Assembly: GCA_951406725.2 (NCBI GenBank)
Contig: OX597823.1
Span: forward strand, 21,142,001 to 21,206,000
DNA: 64,000 bases
From: Octopus vulgaris
Lineage: Eukaryota
Reading direction: 5' to 3'
The position numbers and the translations under genes are program-made. This document shows, in pieces, positions 1 to 13,056 of this stretch (positions are counted from its first letter, which is position 1; each line of letters starts with the position of its first letter). The notes below the pieces were generated by a model. The model searched no databases, was not told the origin of the DNA, and saw only the letters and a program-made list of their open reading frames with translations.

Positions 1-257
1 TTTTTCAAATATTCTCATCATACTGTTGTACTTTCTTATGTCCTTAACATGTCCCTGTTACCAAAGTCTGTATATATACATGTAATGTGGCAATTTGCAA
101 CAACCAATAATTAACGCAACCAAACTTCCAATAATATATTTGTTTTATTCTTTTCTGCCCATTTTTTCAAATATTCTCATCACACTGTTGTACTTCTTTA
201 TGTCCTTAACATGTCCCTGTTACCAAAGACTGTATATATACATGTAATGTGGCAATT
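1..257. repeat. Tandem duplication, period 162 bp (1-95 vs 163-257)
   Basis: TTTTTCAAATATTCTCATCA...CATGTAATGTGGCAATT occurs twice with few mismatches. Confidence 0.9.
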
Positions 258-294
258 ATGTAAAAAAAAATTTTTGAATTCATAATATTCTATG

Positions 295-339
295 TTACTT
301 TTGACAATCTTTTTCCAAAGAGTGAAACCGGTTAAGTAA
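295..339 (+). ncRNA. Degenerate minimal hammerhead-like motif (Penelope-type terminal repeat, ends at (TA)n at 379)
   Basis: Stem I TTACTT/AAGTAA; core TTGACAA (canonical CUGANGA); imperfect stem II; GAAA; palindromic AACCGGTT stem III; GUU site. Confidence 0.5.
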
Positions 340-377
340 ATAAACATCTTTTAAATTGCATTTTCAAACCTTCTTTC

Positions 378-780
<403 letters not shown>

Positions 781-960
781 GCTATTAGTGCGTAGGAGGG
801 GTCTGGACGTGTGTATGTATAGGGTTGGTGTATGTATTAGTATGTATTAGTATGTATAAGGGTGTGTGTGTGTGTGTGTATGAGAGAGTATTAGTGCGTA
901 GGATAGGTCTGGACGTGCGTATGTATGGGGTTGGTGTATGTATTAGTACGTATTAGTATG

Positions 961-997
<37 letters not shown>

Positions 998-1007
998 GAC
1001 CTCGTGA

Positions 1008-1194
1008 GTACCGCTGGCGATTTTTTTCCTCTGTCTTCCCTTCTCGGGATCTTTCCTTCTCCTATGTTTCCGACGAAGAGCTCCGCTCGAAACGTTAAAC
1101 CATCCTTCTTCCCTTCTTTCCTGAGCGTCCAATAATACTTTATTTGTTCCACGTACTCGCGTTGTTGTGTTTTTTTGTGTTTTCTTGTTTGGAT

Positions 1195-1199
<5 letters not shown>
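1008..1199 (+). mobile_element. Penelope-type terminal repeat family X, copy 1, variant hammerhead at 1066-1100
   Basis: GTTT-CCGACGA-A-GAGC TCC GCTC-GAAA-CGTT-AAAC. Near-identical copies at 37480-37671 (+) and 62270-62458 (-); each 3' end abuts (TA)n. Confidence 0.75.
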
Positions 1200-1231
<32 letters not shown>

Positions 1232-1338
1232 TTTAAATAATAAGACTGAAAAATTGAATACTAATTAGATTAATATCATTTTATATCCCGTGGTCTAGCG
1301 TATTGAAAAATTTGAAGATTCAAAAAAATTATATTACA

Positions 1339-1512
1339 TACATATAAGAGGAACGACCACTAAGTGGATATCTAGTATGCTAGAAGTAGACCCCCTATGT
1401 TCTTACCACTAAGAAACAATCTTGAGAACTATCCTTTCTTAGCGGTAAGACCATAGGAGGTCTACTTCTAGCATAATGTATGTCCACTTAGTGGTCATCC
1501 CACTTATATGTA
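1339..1512. repeat. Fold-back inverted repeat (arms 1339-1416 / 1435-1512)
   Basis: CATATAAGAGGAACGACCACTAAGTGG...CTTACCACTAAGAAA is reverse-complementary to TTTCTTAGCGGTAAG...CCACTTAGTGGTCATCCCACTTATATG with scattered mismatches. Confidence 0.92.
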
Positions 1513-1529
1513 ATATATATATATAGTTG

Positions 1530-2735
1530 CATATGGGTTGTTTCTATAAACGAAAGGTGGCTATAACAGGCATTATATTTGGAGACGATGAAAAGAATCA
1601 TTGATGGAAGGTTAGGAGCCATGTTGCAAAGCATCTGCTTCTTTATCTGTGTGTAGTTTTAGGTGTAAAAAAGTATTTACCATAATTGGCCCCTGCTAAA
1701 ATTTATTGGTGTAGATTGTCATAGGGATTTGAAAATTCGATACATAGGTCAAATAATTGATTCTCGTCTACGATTCGGTATTTGAGTTTTTGACAAAGAA
1801 TTTCAAAGCACTCACGGGCAATAACATGTTTGGGAGTAGTCTTTGTGTGGGTGTCTGAAAGAGGAGATTTTTCTATTTAATACTATACGGGATGGTGTTG
1901 AGTTTCAACGACCAAATACATACTTGGGTATTTAGGTTCTATTTTATTTCATTTTTGGGTTATGAAATAGTTGTCTGCGTCGGTAGTTTTTGAGTTTGGA
2001 ATGTATTTGCAATTAGATCTATGAATAACACTAATTACGATTTTATGTTGTGTAGTATTATTGCTGCTCTACAGATTATGAAACTAACTAGGTATTTCCT
2101 TCCTAGAAGGAAAAGTGGAGAGTTTTTACAATTACAGTTGGTTGGACTTGATAAATAGTTTAAGCTTCTGTTATGTCGCACGTTCGGATGCCTTGTAACT
2201 CTACTGCTACTCTACTCTCTACTCTGTCCTCTCTTGACGTCTAGACTTCTCCCTCTATATCTACGTATTGGGCTAGCCTACTTCGTCGTCTGGGGGCATC
2301 CACACAACAGTTTCATATTTAGATCATTTACAAACTTGCTAGTTGCAGAATATAATTTCATGTCGTGTTATAACATTTATGATTCAGGTAGAAGTGTCTT
2401 TGAAGAATTCTCTTGAATAAGCTGGTCATTAGGATAGTGGTTTATAGATTTTAATCTCCATGTTGGATTGATCTTGATAATTTGTGTTCTACTGTTTCTT
2501 TTAATTTTTCTCAACATTGTACTGGTTTTGTTTTGTGCATCAAAACTTTATTTGTGTAAATTAATATACGTCTGCACACTCAAGCTTCTCTACATTCTTC
2601 ATCTACGATTTTTATCTACAGAGGCTCGCTCGGTATGACAGGGCTATGTGCCGCACATGCGGCACTGGACCTGAAAAAAAGGGAATACTTACAGAACTTC
2701 TTGTACACACAATCATATCCTTCGCCTATATACGT
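1530..2735 (-). pseudogene. Possible highly decayed N-terminal/pre-RT part of a Penelope-like ORF
   Basis: Minus-strand fragments SLFF...HSPVIPSEPL*IK, an LSS..L.LGRKY-like segment and TDKEA (cf. ADKG) occur in the expected order; many stops. Weak visual similarity only. Confidence 0.35.
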
Positions 2736-2820
2736 GGCAGTATTAATTACACACACATACACACTCACACACACACACACGCATATAAAGTCATTACACT
2801 TACGCACATCCATTACATAC

Positions 2821-2873
<53 letters not shown>

Positions 2874-2880
2874 TATATAG

Positions 2881-3070
2881 GGGTAAAATATGAAAAATCA
2901 ACGAAAATGTACAATGCAAATAAAAAAAGGCTATTTATGACAGGTAACGACAAATATATATATTTAGATTGACTGAGGTAGTAATACGAGTCATCGTATT
3001 ACTACCTCAGTCAATCTAAATGTATATATTTGTCGTTACCTGTCATTCGTTGATTTTTCATATTTTACCC
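2881..3070. repeat. Near-perfect hairpin: inner arms 2937-2989 / 2994-3046 (4-nt loop GTCA), outer arms 2881-2904 / 3047-3070
   Basis: 53-bp inner stem with one mismatch, a 24-bp outer stem, and a 32-nt bulge on the left arm. Starts at the edge of a (TA)n tract. Confidence 0.95.
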
Positions 3071-3117
3071 TTACATTTCCACGTGTATTTTATATTTTCT
3101 TGTCGTAACATATTTCT

Positions 3118-3780
3118 AGGCAAACACAGACAGGTAAGAGAGAATGAAATGACAGCAATCTATCATACAATTCTAAGTCACCTACGGACGTACGTTTAGT
3201 ATTACTTAAATTTTCCTCGAATGAGGCTTTTACATGCCGAAATCTACTTGGTGTAATTAATAATTATTCCAAATTAATTAATTTCACCCTTTATTGTTAC
3301 TGATAACCATATTTTATCCCAGTAAATGACCACAGCATCTTGTCTTGGCTACACGCGGGTGGAAGGGGGCTGGTGACACAAACTTTCATTCACACTTTGA
3401 ATTTCGTGGTACTGGTAATGCTTTGGCTCGCTCTGACACTGAGTTGAGATGATGCCTTCTAGTATCTCAAAATTTGATATACAATTATTCATAATTGTAG
3501 TATCCTACGCTGATGAGAAAAGAAGTTTGGGTAAGGTAGAATTTTCTAATTCTTATGCTTTCCTAAAACTTGATTTCGAAACGTACGTCCGTAGGTGACT
3601 TAAAATTGTATGATAGATTGCTGTCATTTCATTCTCTCTTACCTGTCTGTGTTTGCCTTTCAAGTGGTGTGTTTTTACTGAGATCTCCCTTTTAGTAGAA
3701 AGAATAGCTATAACTCTTTGACTGCTATTTCTAAATTCGGTGTGTGGTGAGGCAATTCGTTGCTAAACCCTTAATTGCTT
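3118..3780 (+). mobile_element. Penelope-type fold-back element (inverted arms 3118-3197 / 3579-3658) ending in (TA)n
   Basis: 80-bp inverted repeat with one mismatch; the forward arm overlaps a canonical hammerhead. Confidence 0.85.
3504..3595 (+). ncRNA. Type I hammerhead ribozyme, canonical core, predicted cleavage GUC after 3589
   Basis: CCTACG-CTGATGA-[GAAA...long stem II...TTTC]-GAAA-C-GTAC-GTC-CGTAGG: 6-bp stem I, all core nucleotides, palindromic stem/loop III. Confidence 0.9.
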
Positions 3781-3782
3781 AG

Positions 3783-3872
<90 letters not shown>

Positions 3873-4289
3873 TATATGTGTGTGTGTGTGCGCGCGCACA
3901 TTCTTTCGGTGAGGCGTGAAGTAGTGTGTAGATAGGAGGGCGGTAGAAAACCCGTCAAGATTTCATTTTGATCTCTTGAAAGTTCAACACTTGAAGAAGA
4001 TAGGATGGTTTCGTATCGAATTTAACAGTAATATGGATTCCTGGAAATATTTGAAATCTTCTATGAACGTTTGTAACAAAAAAGAGGGCACATTTAATGT
4101 CTAAATACGAGCTATGTTTGCAATTTATAATGAAATGTGTGAGTGATCAAAATCGTTTAGAAAAGCGTTTGTATGGTTTCTTTAATTCATTTAGCTTGCA
4201 TAAACTACTTCCGAAATATACTCAATATATTCTAGCTTAAATATGCGACCACCTCCCTCGTATACACTTCCCTCATATACTTACATATA

Positions 4290-4337
<48 letters not shown>

Positions 4338-4469
4338 ATACTTACTTATACACGCACAAACCTATATAGACATGCATATATATATGTATGCATAAATATA
4401 TATATATATATATATATATAATGTATACTTATTTATACACACACAAACCTATATAGACATGCATATATA

Positions 4470-4534
<65 letters not shown>

Positions 4535-4551
4535 TATATATATATGCATAT

Positions 4552-4591
<40 letters not shown>

Positions 4592-5141
4592 TATGCATTT
4601 GTGCTCGCATTTGTGTGCAAAGTAATCAAAAATTCAACAGTAATACAAAAGAAATAAAACTGCGACTGGTGCTTCATTTATAATTTTCTGTATTTAATTC
4701 GTTTTTACGTAACAGAAATTTATTGCAAAATTAAATCACTTGAAATATTAATTTTTCGTTAGTTGAACTTAGGAATAATGAATGTAATTCCAATACTGTA
4801 TATTAGATTAAATGTCGGATGTGTATTTGTCTCAGAAATATTTTAATAGCTATTTTCTGCCTCAATATTAAAATATATTAGGAAGGTGATGCATTTGCAG
4901 AATCGTTTAAGTGGAGAATAAAATGTCATATGCTATTTACTCGCCTATACTATATATATGGTAGTCAGTTCTTTTCCGTTGCCGTTACAATATTGAATGA
5001 TGTTGCTGCGGAAATATATGTGCATTAGTAATGTATCCTCAAACTTGGCAGACAGTGTCACATATTGTAATATAATTCAGGCTTGAATCTGTAGAATAAT
5101 CCCAGTTTCATGATTGGTAATTATTAGTAGAAATATGGGAG

Positions 5142-5673
5142 CATGCGCTGTAACAGCGCCTCGCTTTACCAGCATTCGTTGGTGAATCTGCGTGGCAAAT
5201 GACACGTTTGAATCACTCAGGCGCAACCCTCCAATACAAGGATCTTATTTACCCTTGTTAGAGCAGTTGGTTGATTTTATGTTCATGCTTGGCAAGTTTA
5301 AAATTTCTAAGAAGAAATGTTCGTCTGGGGGCAGAAATTGGAAGTCTGCTCGGACATTTTAGCATATACAGTTTCTCTGACAAGTTGATTCTACCATGTC
5401 CCTAGATTTAAGGGGTTCATAAGTCGGTTTACACTTTCTTAAATCATTGGTGTTGGACGCCATATAGTTTCTCTTGACAGATATAGGTGAGATGAATATC
5501 ATTCCATATACAATTCTTTGCACAGATAGAATCGTTTTAGATTTCTGTAGTTTCAAATGGATCACAGGAGAAGAGCAGTATCGATGCATATTTTCAATCG
5601 AAGTGTTTGATGAAATTAATGATATTTTCAAGGTAAGTATATCCCCTACTCGCCACCAGACACAATAATACAT
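5142..5673 (-). pseudogene. Possible decayed Penelope GIY-YIG endonuclease 3' end followed by a decayed hammerhead (5142-5186)
   Basis: IVYGMIFISPI..RNYMASNTNDLRK and EHFFLEILNLPSMN resemble GIY-YIG motifs; downstream TTCA-CCAACGA-AT-GCT GGTAA AGC-GAGG-CGCTG TTA CAGCG-CA. Confidence 0.45.
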
Positions 5674-6106
5674 CGCTTTTATATATCATCAACAAAGGCT
5701 GCTTAAGAAGAGGTAATTGTTTGCAACATTTGAAGTGATGTGTATATTATGAAGTAGGGAAGTAAACCAGAATACAGTCCTCTTTCTAGCTCTTTGCGTA
5801 TGTACGATGGTATAAACAAGCATAACACGCAGCTCTTGACCAACGCCTCACCTGTGCAGGTGATTGCGCTAATGACAATATCCCTATCGGCTAATAAGTT
5901 AAACAATCTATTATAAACTGACAGTTGGTTCGTAATTAAAGAAAGTGGATATGTTTGTCCATGCGTGTGTGAGTGTGTATGAGTGCGTTCGTATGTATAC
6001 ATGTATATACACGCATAGATGCATACATGCATACATATACATACACACATGTATGCATATATATATACATTTATATTTATATATGTTTATATTATATATA
6101 TTTATA

Positions 6107-6177
<71 letters not shown>

Positions 6178-6379
6178 GTGTGTGTATGTGCGTGTTTGTG
6201 TGCATATGTGTGCGTGCATGTTTCAGATAACAGTTCGGACGGTCTTTCAATCTGTGGTTTTTAAAAACGTGATTTCGCTTTTCACACAACAGAAGCACGT
6301 GGCATATATATATATATTGTGGAAGGTCACATTTCATCGTGTCTTTCTGTTGGATTACTCTGTGAATCGTTTGTCTCTA

Positions 6380-7390
6380 TTGCTTTGGCGTCAAAATCCA
6401 AAATAAAAGACCATGACATACATTTTCGCAATGTGGTTCTCTACTATTTCACAAAAGGAAAAACTGCAGTAAAACAGCAAAAAAGATACGATTATTTTAT
6501 GGAGATGGTGCAATATCCGCAATGATTTTTCGTCAGTGTTTCGTCAAGTTTAGCAGTGGAAGTTTTGAGCTGGAAAATCGTGAATGTTCCGGAAATCTTT
6601 CAGTTATTAATGGTGACTACATCGAAATGATAATAAAAAAACAATCCATGTCACGAGACACGAAACTTTACATAGATATAACACATACTTTCATAAGAGC
6701 CTTAGAAGGTGTGTAAAACAATTGGTTTTGAATAGATATGATGTTTGGGTTTTTCATGATTTAACACAAAAAAGAATATATAAAAGTAATGGACTGCATT
6801 TCCATCTGCAATTCTTTGCTTAGACGCAACAAAATTAACCCATTTTCAAGAAAGAACGATAGCAGGGATTAAAATTGAATTGTTTACAGTAATGTGGAGT
6901 GAAAAACGTTCTAAAGAAAATAAAATGGATCATCTTTAATTCCTTCAGAATTTGGTCAGCATCCAAAGAAGGTAATACTCCTCATCTGGTGGAAACGGAA
7001 GGACATTGTGTATTACGAGACCCTTCCTCAAAATAAGACGTTGAATCCAGGCAATTATTGTATCCAGTTAAACCAATTATAAGAGGGAATGAATGGAAGA
7101 CATCCAGAATTGGCCTATCGGAAGGGCTTCGTCTTTCATCATAACAAAGCTAGAATTTCATGTATTCTTGTAGATCTTGAAGAAATCGGAGCAGCTTGTC
7201 AGAGATGTCTCACCACCCTCACCGTACTTATCTGATCATACAACTTTGGATTACTATTTATTTCGATCCCTACAGACATTTTCTTGAAATGAAGAACTTC
7301 AATTCTTTCAAATGTTCTAATAATCATTTCGATCAGTTCATGACGCGGGAATATGTCACGTTCTGGGAAGCTGGAATCAGAGGTGGGGTG
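6380..7390 (+). mobile_element. Decayed mariner (Mos1/Hsmar1-like) transposase
   Basis: HFRNVVLYYFTKGKTA; F.KFSSGSFELENRECSG (HTH); VWVFHDLT (cf. WVPHEL); HPKKVILLIWW; FHHNKAR (cf. HDNAR); DYYLFRSL. Multiple frameshifts and stops. Confidence 0.88.
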
Positions 7391-7657
7391 TCATTTCACA
7401 TGGTTGCAGCCAAGTGTGACAAAAAGGATCTGATGAATTTGGTGTGAGAAGTATGCAGTGAGAAGTATTCTATAGTATCGATCGAAGAAGTGAAGAATAC
7501 TTATATTATGATGGTTACGTGATTCTTCAGTATTCACTAGCAGGATACATTTTGCAGGTTTGTATGTAATCACGTCTAACGTTTCTCTATGGTCGTCATG
7601 TAATTTTCAGCACATGCACTCACATCTTTTTATTTATTTATTCATTCATTCATTCAT

Positions 7658-7659
<2 letters not shown>

Positions 7660-7733
<74 letters not shown>

Positions 7734-7738
7734 TTATC

Positions 7739-7796
<58 letters not shown>

Positions 7797-7811
7797 ACTA
7801 TCTATCTATCT
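7660..7811. repeat. (TATC)n microsatellite
   Basis: Direct reading. Confidence 0.97.
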
Positions 7812-7846
7812 AAGTAGCTATCGATCAACCTACCAGTCTATATATT

Positions 7847-7909
<63 letters not shown>

Positions 7910-8489
7910 ATACATGCATACACATATGCACAAATACGTACACAGGCAGACGCATTTCTGCACAAAGGCTGAAATTATTCAAAATGCAAATCACAAAGCA
8001 GACAAGTATACGTTCAACTAAAACACATTTATTAAGACAAAAGCTATAGAGAATAGTTTATTATAACATAACAGAAAGTGTTCGACAGATTATAAGGAGT
8101 GCACTATTGAGTTTAACATTCAATAAATTCATATATTTACTTTTTCACTTACTTAGTAATTGTTTCCTTTGCCAAAGTTTTGCTGCATATTTTTGTTAAA
8201 TCAATGTTTCAAAGAACCAAACATTGGTCTACAGGCAACACGTAACCAAAGAAACTATTGTTCGCAAATTATTGTATAAAACAGGAAAATTGCTTCGATC
8301 TAACAATGAGTTTTCCCTTCCTGCCCCCGCATTCTAATGATTCTTTCATAACAGGTATTTATTATCTTCCAAGTGAATGCAGCGTCGTCTACTTAGGTCT
8401 ATCCTATCAAGCTTTCTGTTTTTTGTGTGTGTCTTCAAAATACTTAATCAAATATGACATGATACTTAATCTGCAAAAAGTATATCACA

Positions 8490-8557
<68 letters not shown>

Positions 8558-8791
8558 CATACATATATACATACATGTGTATATATATATAAAAGACAGA
8601 AAGAGAGATGCATATATATATATATACATATATATACACGCACATACGCACACACACATATACACACATATATGTCTGTATACATGCATGTATGGTAGAA
8701 TAATAAGATTGCACAATCTCAAGTTACCAAAGCAAATCGATATGAGACATTAGAATAAAATAGTAATACTTTCAACGTGTGCGTGTGTATA

Positions 8792-8869
<78 letters not shown>

Positions 8870-8893
8870 CATATATATATATATACAAGTATG

Positions 8894-8938
<45 letters not shown>

Positions 8939-9006
8939 ATACAATTATGTATATACATACGTAATATATATATATTTATATATATATATACATATATATA
9001 TGTATG

Positions 9007-9037
<31 letters not shown>

Positions 9038-9295
9038 ACACATATAGGTATGTATATATACATGTACACACAAACACACGTAGCCTTCTAGTTCTGAAAC
9101 CTGGGAAAATAATTGAAAAAAATTTATCTGATTTCCATAAATAAAAACGCATTTCAAATTTCAAATTAAATTATTTACTGATGAGATTAATTAAGGTCAA
9201 ACAAGCAGTCAATCATCTTTGTAATTGTTGTTATTATTATTATTATTATATATAATAATAAATTATGAAAACGCCATTATTGCTGGTAGTGAAAT

Positions 9296-9333
<38 letters not shown>

Positions 9334-9337
9334 ACAT

Positions 9338-9372
<35 letters not shown>

Positions 9373-9440
9373 ATACTACTACGACTACTTCTACTGCAGC
9401 TGCTGCTGTTGCTACTGCTACTACTGCTGCTAACACTGCT
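9296..9440. repeat. (CTA)n/(CTG)n compound microsatellite
   Basis: Direct reading; source of the poly-T and poly-L pseudo-ORFs. Confidence 0.95.
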
Positions 9441-9540
9441 AATTAAATACGAAACTGATTAGGCACGGTCCACCCTTGCAAAACAAAAAAAAGGAAATAG
9501 TCGGATGCATATAGAAATACGTACATATATATATATATAG

Positions 9541-9590
<50 letters not shown>

Positions 9591-9649
9591 ATGTGTATGT
9601 ACGTGAGTGACTGTATGTGGATGTGTGTGTTTGTGTATGTAATTATACA

Positions 9650-9720
<71 letters not shown>

Positions 9721-10741
9721 GTATATATTCATATACACATGTGTATTTGTGTATGTATCTATATGTACATGACATACCTCCATTTATACATATATGCTCA
9801 ACTTTATTACTAGTTCTGTCTTATGCAGTACACGCCTCTATTTTCCTTTCGTAATAATGTCGATAAAAAAAAATCACCAACAAAAATAATCAGCATGACA
9901 TCTTGATGATATAACATACAATGAACAGATAATATACATATTGATAAAGCTATAAACTGCATGCTTTTCATAGCAAGCTTTTCATTAGTAATAAGGCTCT
10001 TCAATACTAAGATTGTCCTCCACTAACACATAGCAAACTCACAGCATTTCATGTTAAGTATTTTTAGACAATCGTATTGTTGCATATGGCTTACAAACTT
10101 ATCGATCATAGATCCAGTGAGTTCTCGAGCGTGTGTCTCGGAAAAGGCGTTTGTGCTGTTTTTGAAAACCTGTCTCGTCTGCCAGAACGGCCCCCATGAT
10201 TAAATTGAATGTTCTGGTTTCCGGGGTTAAACCACGGGCATTAACGACTGCACTGACCCTTTTTAAAATGGTGGCTTTCATACTACAGTAGTTCTGAGTA
10301 GTGATAAAGCGTGACTTTTGTACATTTCGGAAAGGAATGCTGCACTAGCAAATTGTTATTTATGCTACAAGCTGTTGTTAGTAATTTTTTTCCAGCCCCA
10401 GATACATTCCGCTGCTGTAATACTAAGAGTGTTATCAAGGATTGCATTGTGTTCATTGTGAATGTTTTGCGAGGCGTTCGTCCATTGTACACAAGCCAAA
10501 TGAAATCGTTTGGAATTTGGAAAAAGTGGATCTTCCATCCGTTTCCAGAATTGTCCTCTATTTTTCGTAGTCACAAACAGCTTTTACAAAGGTAGCTTGA
10601 AGTATAAAGCTGCAATTTAAGATATTTTGCTCTTCTGTTCGTTGACAGAAATTACTTCACACATATATTTCAACAATTACTTTCTTATCATCTAACCAGG
10701 CAGTCAGTCTGACAATTTCTTAGCAGACACAAACACATACG

Positions 10742-10792
<51 letters not shown>

Positions 10793-11154
10793 GTACTTGT
10801 TTCAGGTCTTCTAGCCAATTTGAATTCAGCCATACACGGGATAACATGTTCAGTCTAATCTTATGTATCTTTCGAATATAACCTCTTCTTTCTCTTTCTA
10901 TATTTTTGTTAAGATACAATTTCTTTGATTTTGGTCAGGATTATTCCAATTTCTTTTTCTTGTATCAAGTAATGTATGAAAACATTACAAAAACTTAAAT
11001 TCATAGAGCCGAACAAAATCAAAACTATTAATTCTATTTTTTCCCTTGAACAACCACACAGAGTTCTTCAATTGGCTCAATTGTTGATGTGTATAAGTAA
11101 ACAAAAAATAAAATACACATACACACATATACATATATATATATACGCATATAC

Positions 11155-11193
<39 letters not shown>

Positions 11194-11194
11194 A

Positions 11195-11395
11195 TTGTGT
11201 CTGTGTTTATCCACACACCACCATTGCTTGATAACTGATGTTGGTGTGCTAGCGTCCCTGTAACTTAGCTGTTCAGCAAAAGAAACTGATAGAATAAGCA
11301 CCAGGTTTACAAGTCCAGGGTTCGATTTCTAAAACTGAAGGGTGGTACTCCAGCATAGCCACTGTCAAATGACTGAAACAGGCAAAAGAATAAAA
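11195..11395 (+). mobile_element. SINE family A, 3' half
   Basis: GCTTGATAACTGATGTTGGTGTG...CAGCATAGCCACTGTCAAATGACTGAAAC matches the 3' half of 60732-61150. Confidence 0.8.
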
Positions 11396-11569
11396 TAATA
11401 CCATAAGAACGTTCCATACCATTAAATCAAGAGGGTTCTCTGACTATGTACAATGTATTTTAAGGCTAAATAGTAATTCTGTTCACATTTGAGCAACTGA
11501 GATATTTTGGTTGAATTATATAGTTATTGGTTTTACACTTCTTTCTATATTCAGTAATTGTCGCAATAT

Positions 11570-11784
11570 GCTTTTCTATTATAGGTACAAGTTCGGAAAT
11601 TTTATGGGGAGGAGGCCAGTCGATTAGATCGACCCCAGTACACAACTGATACTTAATTTATCGACGTCGAAAGCATGAGGGCAAAATCGATCCCGGCAGA
11701 ATTTGAACTCAGAACGTAAAGACAGACGAAATACCGCTAAGAATTTCGCCCGGCGTGCTAAAGATTGTGCCAGCCTGCCGCCTT
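11570..11784 (-). mobile_element. SINE family B (tRNA-like head, Nin/Deu-like core)
   Basis: Reverse complement of the family at 24272-24670 (GGCGGC..GCTGGCA...GTTCTGAGTTCAAATTC..GTCGATAAATTAAGTA). Confidence 0.85.
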
Positions 11785-12877
11785 TAACTGTCACAATATA
11801 GAAATATTTCTCATGGCACCAGCACACAGTTTACAGATGCTTACATTTTCAATATTTCCCGTGAAAAATTCACGGGATCCAGCTAGTGTACATAAATATT
11901 TGTATAGATATATGTAAGATGCTAACCTGTTAGAGCCCCATCTATGGTTTAATTTGCATATCACGGAACTGCCTTCAAAAGAATGTCACTCGTAGATACC
12001 TTAACGGACCCAGGGCAAATGAGGCCCTTTAGCACATTAGCTGCTCATCTAAGAGAAGGTAACTCAATAGATATCCTCCATCCTGATAAATGTGGTTTAA
12101 TTGCAAAAGCCCCATATATATGTGAAAGACAAGAAATTTGTGATACTGCACAAATCATGTCCACTATAATAAGCCCCTGTCGCCGAAAATATATTGGAAG
12201 TTTCAAAAAGGGATATGGGAACTTTCTAATTACATACGAGCTTCTATTTATTCTCTGTTTACCCAGCTTCATTCACGGTTTGAGGGTATAGAAAATGACA
12301 TTCGTCCAAGCCATGCAACAGGATTGAACACTAAACTTCATATTTGTGATGAAAACGTTTCACCCGGTCTGCTATGCTGTTGCTACAAATTCTAGTTAGA
12401 TGAGGTTTAAAAATCAATTCATATTCACTTCTAAAAATGTTCTTTTTCACTGAAATATTCATAAAAAAATCAAAAGGATTTATAAAGGGGAGGGAGGGGA
12501 ATTCTTGCACATATATACAGATAGGAGTATATATATGTATATATATATGTATATATATATGTGTGTGCTAGTGAATGTGTGTGTGTGTGTATGTATGTAT
12601 AAACAAATTTACTTGGAAATGGATGCGTGGCATTCAGTTAAATAACATAAGTAACATATATATATATATATATATATATGTACATGCATATATGGATACA
12701 GGACATCACCAAATGTAAACAACATGAAGTACCAAATCAAGCGAGTTAAATACTCAAACAACAAGAGGAAAAAATTGAAAATAGGACAAGAAACACAAAG
12801 AACGACCTTTCATTGGTTGTCTACTCCTCATTTCGAGCATTCAACGACAATAAAATATGTATTTAATATTATTATTA

Positions 12878-12977
<100 letters not shown>

Positions 12978-13056
12978 TATATATATTCATACATATGTGC
13001 ATATATATATATATATATGCATATATATATTCATACATATATGCATATTAAGTGAA

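Noticed and set aside
10050-10680. GC-richer stretch with several short ORFs, faint hAT C-terminus resemblance
   Set aside because: No motif could be identified with confidence.
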